64,000 bases of DNA from Octopus sinensis. Its lineage: Eukaryota. The stretch covers positions 49,042,001 to 49,106,000 of the forward strand of contig NC_043006.1 in NCBI RefSeq assembly GCF_006345805.1. Direction: 5' to 3'. The notes under the pieces were generated by a model. That model saw only the letters and a list, made by a program, of their open reading frames with translations. It was not told the origin of the DNA and did not search any database. Within the stretch, counting starts at the first letter, position 1. The number at the start of each line of letters is the position of its first letter. This document shows, in pieces, positions 26,820-39,942 of the stretch. Made by a program: the position numbers and the translations under genes.

Positions 26820-27622
26820 ATCTTTTATCCTTTTCTTGTTTCAGTCATTAGACTGTGGCCATGCTGGGGCACTGCCTTGAAAAATGTTATTCAAATGAAT
26901 TGACCACCATTACTTTCTTTCTTAGGCCAGGAACTTATTGTATCGGTCGCTTTTGCCAAAGCACTAAGTTATGGGGACGTAAACACACCAACAGCAGTTG
27001 TGAAAAAGTGGTGGGAAACAAACACAGACACAAAGACACACACATATACACACACGCAGAGGGGCTTCTTCCAGTTTCCATCTACCAAATCCGTGCACAA
27101 GGATTTTGTTGACCCAAGGCTATAGTAGAAGACACTTGACCAAGGTTTAACACATTGGGGTTGAACCCACAACCATATGGTTGGGAAGCCAAATTCTTAT
27201 TATACCTGTCTCTCTCTTTTATTCTTTTACTTGCTTCAGTCATTTGATTGCAGCCATGCTGGAGCACCGCCTTTAGTCGAGCAAATTGACACCCAGGACT
27301 TGGTCTTTGGAAGACTAGTACTTGTTCTATCGGACTCTTTTGCCAAACCACTAAGTTACGGGGATGTAAACACACCAGCATCGGTTATCAAGCGATGTTG
27401 GTGGGGGGGGGGGGACAAACACAGACACACAAACATATACACACACACATACAAATATATGTGTGTATATATACAACGGGTTTCTTTCAGTTTCCGTCTA
27501 CCAAATCCACTCACAAGACTTTGGTCGGCCCGAGGCTATAGTAGATGCCACGCAGCGGGAATGAACCCGGAACCATGTGGTTGGTAAGCAAGCTACTTAC
27601 CACACAGCCACTCCTGTGCCTA
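26820..27622 (-). mobile_element. Two consecutive SINE family A copies (26820-27190, 27213-27622)
   Basis: Family A similarity. Confidence 0.85.
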
Positions 27623-28028
27623 ATTAATGTGCAAATCTAAAAATTCGATTTTCTTTTAGTAAGCAAAAAAAAAAAAAAGACTAGAATCTCAATGAGAGAC
27701 ACTATGAAGTACAAGACTGCTTCCAGATCTGGGACAGTACTAATAATGCTGTTGTACATTCAGACATTCTACCAAAAAAAAGGGGGGGGGGCAGTCGACT
27801 AATTTGCCATAAAGTCATTAGCCAAACAAGCTCCAACCTTTTGATCACAGACGTGTTTTCTCCTCAAGCAGCTTTGTCTACTACAGGGACTTGGCTCTTT
27901 CAAACAGGATGGTCTCCAGCTACTGCCTCAAGTCAGGTGTTCCTACTTAACTCATCTTTCTCCTACTCTTCACTCATACTACATCCCTCTTCTCTCTCTC
28001 TCACTCTCTTTCTTTCTTTCTGTGTCTT

Positions 28029-28074
<46 letters not shown>

Positions 28075-29700
28075 ACACACACACACTCACACAGTACATA
28101 GCTAGCGATGAGGAGAGTCCGCCCCCAGTTGACGCTTTTATGGGTTACCCGAGGCGGACTCTCATCGAAATCTGAAAGCTACGAAGATAATGCATGATTA
28201 ATTCAAAACAATGTGAATAATTAAGCGCTACATTTGTCAGAGTAATCTGAATGCTAAAGGATTAAGCAAATAAATCTCATAGATTTTTCTGAAAGCAGTT
28301 TAGTGCCACATTCTAATAGCCCACACTCTATTAGCCAAACATTATTCTCAGTGTTAAAGTACACTCAACACCAGAAAGAAACAGACGCTGAGTCACCTTC
28401 GATGAAGTTTTAGATATGTTGGAGAAATCTGAAGCAGTCCCCTTCACTCTCCAACATCTTGCAGAAATCAGCAGATTAATTTCGTTGTCTTTGGTGTGGT
28501 TTACATTTGAAGCCATATACGAGAACAGATACCAGTGTGTGTCGAAAGATCTGGATTTCTTTTCTTTTAACATAATTTATTAGGCGCAGTAGAACAATAT
28601 ATAAACAATAACGCAATACATAAAAATACAACATAACAAAAAAAACAACAAAAAAACACCGTAATATCGCAATATGCCTTTCGTCATAATTAAGACTCAT
28701 CGATCAGGGCTGAACTGGGGGCTAAGCAACGATAATAACAAACATGCACAAAATATATACACATCGCAACAATAACAAATACAATATACGTAATGGTTTG
28801 ATAAGATTCATTTTGTTTTGTTTGCGTTACATGCAAAAAAATAATAATAATAATAATAATAATAGATAAATAAAACACGAAACATTAAAAAAAACAAGCT
28901 CAGCTAAGAAACCATACAATTTCTTAGCGTCGTCGGTAAAAGAAGCGAGAAGCGAGTCAATGCCCGAATGCTTTCAAGAAATTTTTAGTAACTAACAGAT
29001 AACAGCAGCAATGCGCGCGCGCGTGTGTGTACACATATATATACATATACATACATACATACATACATACACATACATACGTACATATACTCTTTTACTT
29101 GTTTCAGTCATTTTGACTGCGGCCATGCAGGAGCAGCGCCTTTAGTCGAGCAAATCGCCCCCCCCCCCCAAGACTTGTCTCTTGTCTCGGAGACATCGAG
29201 GCAACCTCGTATTTGTTTATAAGTCAATTGCTTGAGACCCCGAAATTTTTGACAAACGTTACTGTAATAAGTATTATTATACAGAATACTGTGTGTGACT
29301 TTTACCCGAGAATGTACTTTAAGAATGTGAAAATATAAAGCAAAGCTATGTAGGCCTATAGGCCGACTTACGACCAATCAGTCGGAACCAATTGTGGTCG
29401 TAAGTCGACGACGACCTGCACTGCATTCTCGACCGTAAACAGTATTTAATAACAAAAGGAAGGAACAGTGATGTATGTCCTGCAGTATATATAATAACAA
29501 TAATCCTTTCTACTATAAGGCAAAAGGCCTAGAAATTTGAGAGAAGGGGTTAGTTGATTAACATGAATCTCAGTGCTTATCTGATACTAAGCATTTCGCC
29601 CGGCGTGCTGACGATTCTGCCAGCTCGCCGCCTTGATGATGGTGATGATGATGATAATAATAATAATAATAATAATAATAATAGTAGTAGTAATAATAAT

Positions 29701-29917
29701 AATTCTAACTGGGTCCCACCTGTAAGGTCATGCGCGGTTTATCTTGATATGAGATCCCCATGTCGCGCACATATGGTTGTGATGCATGTGCCTAGTGTAC
29801 CCTTATCAGACGGGTAGTCATGATGGGTATACTGGGCTTCGTATATTTTACCCCAGTATCACTTTGATGGCATGCACTGCTCTCTCAATAATGATAATAA
29901 TAATAATAATAATAATC
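29701..29917 (+). mobile_element. Probable retroelement 3' fragment between two (AAT)n arrays
   Basis: (AAT)n-aattctaactggg...gcactgctctctc-(AAT)n. Confidence 0.45.
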
Positions 29918-30130
29918 CCATCTTTGTTGGCCACAAGGGCTGAAATTGGAGGGAAGGAACAAGTCGATTACATCGATCCCAGTGTTTCACTGGTACTTAA
30001 TTTATCGACCCCGGAAGGACGAAAGGCAAAGCCGACCTCCGGGGAATTTCAACTCAGAACATAGCGCCGGGCGAAAGCATTTCGCATTTCGTCCAGCGAG
30101 CTAATGACTGTGCCAGCTCACCGCCTAAAC

Positions 30131-30173
<43 letters not shown>

Positions 30174-30511
30174 GCACTACTAGGCACTGCACACATCCTA
30201 CGCAGAACACTTTCCATACAATAACCATCAGAGCATCACAACAAATCACAGCACATACCCAAGGCACACAGAGCTGCGCTCGGTAGTGAAGTGAAAGCAC
30301 ACTATAAAAAATAAAACTACTGAATAATAATAATAATAATAATAATAAAAATGATTAGTAATGATAAATTAATTATTTAATAAAAGTGAATTTTAATATA
30401 ATTTCTGCAAATGACGGTAAAAAGAAAGAAAGGGGGGAAAAAAAGCGAATTCATCAGAATTAGAAATTAGGAATGCCGAATGGAAGCGAGGAAGATATTA
30501 TTTAACTATAT

Positions 30512-30550
<39 letters not shown>

Positions 30551-30638
30551 TCAAGTGTGAAACTTTTTAAAAAATGCGGATGAAAGGAAACCGGAAAACT
30601 ATTCAATGAATGAATGTGCGCGTGTGTGAGAGAAAGGG

Positions 30639-30697
<59 letters not shown>

Positions 30698-30710
30698 GTT
30701 GTGTTGACCG

Positions 30711-30760
30711 ATCAGCTGATTATATAAAAACACTGCAGTGACACGTTGCCAGAAAGCAGA
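30711..30760 (+). promoter_or_regulatory. Candidate TATA-type core promoter
   Basis: ATCAGCTGAT-TATATAAAAA-CACTGCAGTG, with a CA dinucleotide about 30 nt after the TATA (30750-30751), downstream of a long (GA)n run. Confidence 0.3.
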
Positions 30761-31054
30761 CACGAGATTATAGTGAAGTGTGGCGGAGGTGGAGATGACA
30801 GCAGTTTGGTGGGAGGAGTAGCGTTATATTTATATGCACGTACGCACACTGACACACACACATGTACATACGCACACACAGACATATATATATATATATA
30901 TGTGTGTGTACACGAGTGCACGCGCACGCGCGCGCCGCAGTACATTGCCAGGCGTTTTTCTGCTTTGTTAAATAAGCAAGTGTGTGTGTATACATACATA
31001 CATACACAAAATCACGTAGCTATTGAGTGGCTGGCTGACATGAGAATATAATGT

Positions 31055-31091
<37 letters not shown>

Positions 31092-31282
31092 ACGCACGCA
31101 GAGATGTGGATGCTATCAGTATGCATACACATACATACATACATGCACACATAATCCTATGTCTAAGCTTATAACTATCAGCGGCGAAAATCCGAAAAAA
31201 CCAGTGCTTTATGAACTAACTCCCTTCTCTGGAGATATTTATCCAGCAGCGAGTTTCAAACACTCCCCTACTCACTCTCGTC

Positions 31283-31425
31283 GTTAGAACTTAGCGGTTC
31301 GGCAAAAAGAGACCGATAGAATGAGTACTAGGCTTATAAAGAATAAGTCCTGGGATCGATTTGCTCGACTAAAGGCGGTGCTCCAGCATGGCCGCAGTCA
31401 CCTGACTGAAACAAATAAAAGAATA
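31283..31425 (+). mobile_element. SINE family A, 3' part
   Basis: Near-consensus, CpGs intact. Confidence 0.85.
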
Positions 31426-31450
31426 CTGAATTTATATATAATAAATGAAT

Positions 31451-31698
31451 GCGCCCTTTTAAGGGCCTAACCAGGCTCATGGGCCCGGTTTCCAGGTTTT
31501 TATGGTGTATGTGTTCCCTAGCTGGACGGGACGCCAGTCCATCGCAGCGTTACTCATTTTTGCCAGCTGAGTGGACTGAAGCAACGTGAACTGAAGTGTT
31601 TTGCTCAAGAACACAACGCGTCGCCCGGTCCAGGAATCGAAACCACAATCTTACGATCATGGTGCTGACACCCTAACACTAAGCCACGCGCCTCCACA
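31451..31698 (-). mobile_element. SINE family C variant (degenerate relative at about 1195-1410)
   Basis: Same head, V-like core and tail; different middle (cttgagcaaaacacttcagttcacgttgcttcagtccactcagctg). Confidence 0.75.
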
Positions 31699-32414
31699 CT
31701 GTATTTTTATATTATACTAATATAATATTACATACCAAGTGTGTAAAATCAGTCAAAATCCATTACCTCCTGCTGTCGCATTACATAATTATAGTTCAAT
31801 AATTAATGGACTGGCTATTATTAAATAGGTAAGCGATAAGTAAGCAGATTAAATTAGGAATTAAATTGATAAAGAGAGAGAGAGAGAGAGAATGGAAGTT
31901 TGAGTATTGATAGAATTAAATAAATTATAAGTTGGGTGGAGCACGTGAATGAAATGAGTAAAATAAAAATAATAAAATTATATTCATTGATACACACACA
32001 CACACATACTCATACACATGCACAAGAATAGGGGTAATAGGGACTTCGAAGTTTCAACACTTATTCTTGTGACTATATAAATTAGTACTCTACAAAAGAA
32101 TATTGGGTAGCCCTCCCCCCACCCGCTTCAGTTTAACGTCCAGTTGTTTTTATTATAAATCAATATCAAAACAAACTATACACATATACATATTACTGGA
32201 ACAGTGGATCTCGAAGCACATGAATTATAAATAATATAATAACATGTAAATATTGGGTGGTAAAACCTTTTTGGGGATCGATATAGTCGACTTTCTATCC
32301 TTAAGGGTTTATGGTATTTTTTTACATGCTTCGAGATTCTCTGCTACAAAAAAAAAAAAAAAAAAACAACTTATTCCACGTTCACTGAAAAGTTTATAAA
32401 TTCTTATGGCGTCA

Positions 32415-32419
32415 ACAAT

Positions 32420-32469
<50 letters not shown>

Positions 32470-32496
32470 TATATATATATACACACACACATATAT

Positions 32497-32549
<53 letters not shown>

Positions 32550-32710
32550 CATATATACACACACACACACATATATATATCACACACACACATATATACA
32601 CACACATATATACACACACACATATATATATACACACACACACACATATACACACACATATACACACACACATATACACACACACACACATACACACACA
32701 CACATATACA

Positions 32711-32763
<53 letters not shown>

Positions 32764-32892
32764 ATATATATATACAACACACACATATATATATATACAC
32801 ACCACACACATATATATATACACACACACAACATATATATATACACACACACACACATATATATATATACACACACACACATATATATATAT

Positions 32893-32965
<73 letters not shown>

Positions 32966-32970
32966 TAATA
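32415..32970. repeat. Compound (TA)n/(CA)n microsatellite
   Basis: Direct inspection. Confidence 0.95.
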
Positions 32971-33404
32971 TATTATAGCTTACATAAGTGATGAAGAATT
33001 GATTATTTGATAATGCATGAGAATTTCCACATCACTGAGCAATTATTAAATATCAAACAAACAACGTATAGACGAATATACGGAACGTGTCGACGTGTTC
33101 AGGACTTAAAAACTAGAACCAGCCTTGAAGCATTTGTAGTGAATGAAATATGTAAGCGAGGGGGTGAAGGGAGAAACCATTCTATCAACGTCACATTCAT
33201 AGTAATAACAACAACATCGATTTCCGATATATATACATATATCTTAGTAGGAGTTAATTCTCTCTACCAAGCAGGGATCGAAATAGATAAATAGATAATT
33301 CATTATGAATTTCCTATACACTGGCACAAGGCCACAATATTATTTCTGGTCATTTCTCTCCACAGAAGGGTACTACACAAAATTGTTAGACTTCTTCATG
33401 ACAA

Positions 33405-33604
33405 AATTTATTGTTTCAGTCATTTGACTGCGGCCATGCTGGAACACCGCCTTTAGTCGAGCACATCGAACCCAGGACTTATTCTTTGTAAGCCTAGTAC
33501 TTATTTCAATCGGTGTCTTTTACCGAACCGCTAAGTTACGGGGGACGTAAACACACCAGCATCGGTTGTCAAACATAGACACAAACATATACACACACAT
33601 ATAT

Positions 33605-33644
<40 letters not shown>

Positions 33645-33807
33645 GACGGGCTTCTTTCAGTTTCTGTCTATCAAATCCACTCACAAGGCTTTGGTTGGCC
33701 CGAGGCTATAGTAGAAGACACTTGCCCTAGGTGTCTCGCAGTGGGATTGAAACCGGAACCATGTAGTTCGTAAGCAAGCTACTTACCACACAGCCACTCC
33801 TACGCAC
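33405..33807 (-). mobile_element. SINE family A, full length, abutting the L1-like fragment
   Basis: Near-consensus. Confidence 0.9.
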
Positions 33808-35392
33808 TGTCTGTAATATTTGTATCACACTATTTTACTGGTCAGTGACAATTCCACTCGCAATTTTGTCCCAGTTCCTGTCCGTAAAGAAGTCTGGACT
33901 GAATCTAACATCAAGCGTCTTAGTAGAACGTTTGATTCAGTGATCCATGACATCAGCTGAAATAGACTTGCTTTTTCAGGAGTTGAACTGCAAGCTTACT
34001 GGTTTGTCTTCATTAATTCACGCTCCTAATACTTTCTTATTTCCCCTAACTGTGAGATGCCGACTGATTCAGTTTCTGTTATATATCTAACATCACGACT
34101 ATGATATCGTCTACGTAAGCCGACACGGCCCCTCTACGTTCCAGTTCGAGCGAAATACCCTTCAACACTGCTAGCTTCTTTGATAAAAAAAAAAAAAAAT
34201 CACGAGCTAACTGTACAGAGGGATAAGACTCTTAAACGACCTGGTCAGTGATTCAAAACAGTTTCAATAATCATACTTGCTATCGAGCAGATGTCACTGT
34301 ACGTTAAATCGATCCAGCCTCTGACGAAAACCAGCTGCACTGAGTATCAATGGACGAGCCTAACGAAAGCTTTGGATTGATCCAAGTGGACCAAAGTCCT
34401 ACTGAAGACTAGATTATTAACCACTGTTTCTACGATGTATTACATGACGGTTGTGAACACAGCTGCCGAGAACCGCATTGGTCAGTACACATTCGATTCT
34501 GTTATTGATGACAAATGTCAGCCTCTTCAGAAGCGACTTGGCTTAGATTTGTGCTGGGAATTATAGAGGATGTCCCCTACCCTTGTATACGTTTTCCCTT
34601 AAAAATATCACTGCTGCCCAGCTAACACAATTGGAAAAACTTCCTAGTTCTCTGTCAGTCGTGATAGACATCTGCCAAGAAAGACGCAAAGACAAACAAG
34701 TCGGGCAAATATTAAAGCTTATAGGGTAAGGCCACTCGAACCGGGTGATTAGCTCCTCAGACAACCCTCACCAACAACGGCATCTCAATTGCCAGTATCT
34801 GTTTTACGAATTATGCTATCATTCTTGAGATACGCAACAAAGCGGTGCCCCAGCATGGCCACAGCTCATGAGCTGAAACTAGAATCAATCAAAAAAACCG
34901 TCGAAGTAGGGCTCTAAAGTGCATCACTACTATTTCCAAAAGTCAGGCAAAGTGTTGCTGAAAAACCTCACTCATTTGCCTAGAACTGAATAGTATACAG
35001 GCCAAGATGACATTATTGTTATCCACTAATAGAAACGAATGAAACGTTCCCAAGAAACCATCTAGATACCTAACAACTTTACCCCAATCAGTATAAACAG
35101 ATACTGAATGTTCCGTCTTAACATCCAGAACGAGGAAACTCGTCGGGACACTTACATCCAGACCTTTCTAAAACCTCCATTCGATCTAGAGCGATCGAAA
35201 TATACGTATAAGCTTGAAGTTGTCGAAAAGCTCCAGTGCTGTTCTAGAAGAACTAGTTTCACTGATGGCTACCATATCTAATTTTAGTGACCCGAGGTCG
35301 ATATAAATACTTAATTTATCACACTGAGACATGGTTAAATCGTTATAAGAAAGGTACATAGTCGACTGATAGAATGGGCGCACAATCAGTAT
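33808..35392 (-). pseudogene. Decayed L1/Tx1-type non-LTR retrotransposon ORF2 (APE endonuclease plus reverse transcriptase fragments)
   Basis: Minus-strand translation across stops and frameshifts gives, in the expected order: DMVAISET (35255-35278, APE motif), LLVDNNNVIL (GDxN-like), SPGSSGLPY, LADVYHD, AAVIFLRE, LDQSKAF (34365-34385), SAYVDDI (YVDD at 34106-34117), and INEDK...RNWDKI. A short SINE tail interrupts it at about 34835-34890. Confidence 0.85.
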
Positions 35393-35474
35393 ATCATAGC
35401 TATTTATTTTACCAAAACCAGAGCAGTGAAATGTGTTTATTTATACATTTTCCCTCAAGAACTGCAAAACATTG

Positions 35475-35730
35475 TTCACTAAATACACACATATATATTT
35501 CTTTACTACCCACAAGGGGCTAAACACAGAGGGGACAAACAAGGACAGACAGAGGGATGAAGTCGATTACATCGACCCCAGTGCGTAACTGATACTTAAT
35601 TTATCGACCCCGAAAGGATGAAAGGCAAAGTCGACCTCGGCGGAATTTGAACTGAGAACGTAACGACAGACGAAATACGGCTACACATTTCGCCCGGCGT
35701 GCTAACGGTTCTGCCAGCTCACCGCCTTAA
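35475..35730 (-). mobile_element. SINE family B with extended linker unit
   Basis: Same unit as the 38 kb multimer. Confidence 0.85.
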
Positions 35731-36599
35731 ATACACACATATATATATACAATCACAAATATACAAAGAAATTATTCATTCTGTCTAAACACACACAATT
35801 GCAAATCACGTTTTAGTCGAGAATTCAAATACAGGCAATATCGAAAATCAGAAGAGTGATTTACAGAATTTTGAACACTTAGAACAATTGCTGAGGATTG
35901 TGGCATCGCCACAACTCTATATCAATTATTATGCTGTTTTTTTTTTTTTTTAAAAAGAGCATTGAGAAGCACTTATCGTATTTCGTTGTATTTTAACTGC
36001 GAGAATTACAAATATGTATCTGAATGAAGAAAGAATTTAATCTATAATTTTTCATAGTAATAATGAGCAGTGACAAAAAAAATAAATAAATTCTTTTTTT
36101 TTTATTATTATTATTCGAAACGAATTAATTTTTTACGATTCACTGACAAAGGTTTTTAATTTTCACAGTTAAAATACAAATAGAGCCAAATACTTGTTTT
36201 CGTAAGGTGCAAAGTATTGGATTTTATATAGAGCAAAAAAAAACAAAAACAATAATAATAATAATAAAATGAGATAAAAACCAGATGCGATAGCCGTTAT
36301 GCCTTTCAAAGTTATTTTCTTATAAAATAATGACGTCAACAACAATATACATACAGTGATCTCCCCCCTTTAAAATCAATGAAATATATATATATATAAT
36401 CCTGTTTTTTTCTTTGTGTAGCGTGTGTATAAAAACCTCCAGGAAAACACCTGTACGGAGCGACCTAGACAGCATCCCCTCCGCCCTCCGCTCATTTCAC
36501 GCTAGTCCACGACCTAGACTTGCAGTTTGCAGTTCTCAACACCTTCCTTTCCCCCCCCCCCCGATGTCTCAAAGCTATATAACCATTCAACCACAACAA

Positions 36600-37510
36600 T
36601 GGGAGGCGAGAGACAGATGAGGAGAGAGAGAGAAAGAGATGGAAAGAAAGAGAGAGAGAGAGAGGGGGAGAAGAGAAAGAGAGGAAGCGAAATTTCGTTG
36701 GAAACTACCGTGAAGAAATGTAGGAACTGATAACGTGATTGATTGTCAATGTTAGGCGAGAGTGTGAGGAAACGCGGTGGGAGGAGGGGGAGTAGACAGA
36801 AAGCGTGATTACGAGACGAGACAGACAGACAGTGATGGGGGGAAGACGGCGATGTGAGAGATGGGGAAGGAGAGATAGAAATAAATACATAGCACAACGA
36901 GAGGGGAGAAAGAAAAAAAAAAGAGAAACATACAGAGAATAGAGAGGGGGAAAAAAACGTAACAGCTAGGAAAGGATATAGTGACAGAGACAGACTTATA
37001 GCGAGAGAGGTGCAACATATATAGTGAGGGACACGCATAGAGTGAAAAAAATGACACACGCAATAAGGAGAGGAGATACACACACATGCGCGGTGAGGAA
37101 TACAGATATAGAGAGAGAGAGGGAGAGAGTAAGAGAGAACGAGACAGAGAGAGGGGAAATATAGTGAGAAAGAGGCATACACAGAGAAAGCGGGGAGGGG
37201 GAAAACATGGTGAGAAAGAAGCACATAGACGTATATACACAGAGAATGCGAGAGAGAAAGAGAAAGAAAGCAAATGACACGCAGTGGAGAAGGAACCGCA
37301 CAAAATTAAGAGAGAGACAATATGAGAGAAAGAAACGGTGCAAAGAGAGAGGGCGAGAGACAAAGAAACAGAGAGCGAAAAACAGAAAGAGAGAGAGAGA
37401 GAACGAAAGACACAGTCAGTGAAGGACAGAGAGAGGACGAGGGAAAGAGAGCGAGGAAGAACAGATAGAGATAATAAAAGAACCGTAGTCGTCGTAGGAG
37501 AGGAAAATCA
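36600..37510. repeat. GA-rich polypurine low-complexity tract of about 0.9 kb
   Basis: Plus strand is dominated by A and G. Confidence 0.85.
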
Positions 37511-37834
37511 AAAGAAAGCATTTTAACTGATGTATCAACTGAGCGGCTGTGACATCATTTGTTGACACAGGTTTACAATGAAAGTGAGGGTTGAGCTTTA
37601 AACAAAAGTTTGATCGAGAATATAAAGCAATGAACCATTTTCTCGACCAAACTTTCACCCATCACCATTAAAGAAAAATTCGTAAAATTATTCCTTCCAG
37701 GAATTCTTAATAAAAAATCTAATACTTTTTAGCTTAATAGTCATTTAAACATCACCAGAGTTAGCCAAGCACAACTGTTATTTAGTTGGATGGGTGATCA
37801 GCATTATGATTCACATTAATAATAATCTTTTCTA

Positions 37835-39185
37835 CATGTAGGCACAAGGCTTGAAATTTGGAGGGGAGACTAGTCAATTACATCGGGCCCAGTATTTCAC
37901 TGGTTCTTAATTTATCGACCCCAAAAGGATGAAAGACACGGTCGACCTCGGGGTAATTTCAACTCAGAACGTAGCGACGGGCGAAATACCCATTTCTTTA
38001 CTACCCACAAGGGGCTAAACACAGAAGGGACAGACAAGGACAGACAAACGGATTAAGTCGATTATATCGGCCCCAGTGCGTAACTGGTACTTATTTAATC
38101 GACCCCGAAAGGATGAAAGGCAAAGTCGACCTCTGCAGAATTTGAACTCAGAACATAGCAGCAGACGAAATACCTATTTCTTTACTACCCATAAGGGGCT
38201 AAACACAGAAGGGACAAACAAGGACAGACAAACGGATTAAGTCGATTACATCGATCCAGTGCGTAACTGGTACTTAATTTATCGACCGAAAGAAAGGATG
38301 AAAGGCAAAGTCGACCTCGGCGGAATTTGAACTCAGAACGTAGAGCAGCAGACGAAATACCTATTTCTTTACTACCCACAAGGGGCTAAACACAGAAGGG
38401 ACAAACAAGGACAGACAAACGGATTAAGTCGATTACACCGATCCCAGTGCGTAACTGGTACTTAATTTATTGACCCCGAAAGGATGAAAGACAAAGTCGA
38501 CCTCGGGGTAATTTCAACTCAGAACGTAGCGACGGGCGAAATATCGCTAAGCATTTCGTCCACCGTGCTAACGATTCTGCCAGCTTTCTACCGAAATTTG
38601 GGGGAAGGGAACTAGTCGATTACATCGACCCCAGTGTTTCACTGGTACTTAATTTATCGACACCGAAAGGATGAAAGGCAAAGTCGACGTCGGAAGAATA
38701 ATAATATATTTCTATAATAGGCACAAGATTTGAAATTTTGAGGGAGGGGTTAGTCGATTATATAGACCCCAGGGCTTAACTGGTACTTATTTTAAGACCC
38801 CCAAAAGGATTAAGGGTAAAGACGACCTCGGATGAATAAATTATACGAGAATTGGATTCAAATTTTGGCACAATGCCAGCAATTGCATTGACCCCGAAGG
38901 AAATGAAAAGCAAGGTCAACCTCAACGGAATTTGAACTCAGAACGTAAAGACAGACGAAATGCCAATTTCTTTACTACCCACAAGGGGCTAAACACAGAG
39001 GGGACAAACAAGGACAGACATGGATTAAGTCGATTATATCGACCCCAGTGCGTAACTGGTACTTATTTAATCGACCCCGAAAGGATGAAAGGCAAAGTCG
39101 GCCTCGGTGGAATTTGAACTCAGAACCTAAAGGCAGACGAAATGCCGCTAAGCATTTTGCCTGGCACGGTAATGATTCTGCTTTA
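37835..39185 (-). mobile_element. SINE family B cluster: head-to-tail multimer 37835-38590 plus further copies to 39185
   Basis: Unit starts atttctttactaccca at 37992, 38176 and 38363 (periods 184, 187), again at about 38967. Confidence 0.9.
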
Positions 39186-39759
39186 TAAGAATTATTATTA
39201 TTATTATCATAATAAACTGGAACTTTTCTAATGTTTTGTTTCGTTTAAACTAAAATAACTAAAGAAAAAAGTAAACCATTCGAGAACATTTGCATTTTGA
39301 ATAATAGCTATTAATTTCACAAAATCAACAAACTTTATTGAACAGGATACAGAAAAATAAGAATCGATCTATAAAAAATACATGGACTCGAAAGCACTGA
39401 TAGAATGCGATGAACCTTTTACTGGTTTATTTTGACAAAGCAAGAGGCCAATATTTTTCGTCGAACAGACAATTGATTCGACTCCATTACATTACTAATG
39501 CAGGCATACCTCAAGTTATGTCGATTCTAGTTGCGTCGTTTTCGACTTTATAATTTGGCGGGTGGGGTTTATTTTCGTTTTTTTGTTTTGTTTTGAAATT
39601 AATGGAAAAAAAATAGAAACTTAACCTCGGTTGATTTCGGTCGGACTCGGCGAACATATTAAAATAGGTTTCAGCTAATAAAGTTTTTCAAACATTTTTC
39701 GTGTTACGTTGTTTTCCGAGATAAGTCATAGGTCTTAGAATTAATTATTGATTTACATT

Positions 39760-39942
39760 GCTTGACAACTGATGTTGGTGTGTTTACGTCCCCGTAACTT
39801 AGCGGTTCGGCAAAAGAGACCGATAGAATAAAGTGGTAGGCTTACAAAGAATAAGTCCTGGGGGGTCGATTTCCTCGACTAAAGGCGGTGCTCCAGCATG
39901 GCCGCAGTCAAATGACTGAAACAAGTAAAAGAGTAAAGAGTA
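39760..39942 (+). mobile_element. SINE family A, 3' part
   Basis: Near-consensus, CpGs intact. Confidence 0.85.

Noticed and set aside
27290-27312. TGGAAGACTAGT resembling the miR-7 5' end
   Set aside because: Mutated SINE-A sequence with no hairpin; no conserved miRNA, tRNA or rRNA gene was recognised anywhere in the window.
32309-32978. Long ORFs (217, 190 and 166 aa), and similar ones at 7476-7975, 13982-14389 and 55622-58285
   Set aside because: Translations of CA/TA/TG microsatellites.
36514-37526. 236-aa and 184-aa Leu/Ser/Phe-rich ORFs
   Set aside because: Translations of the GA/CT low-complexity tract.
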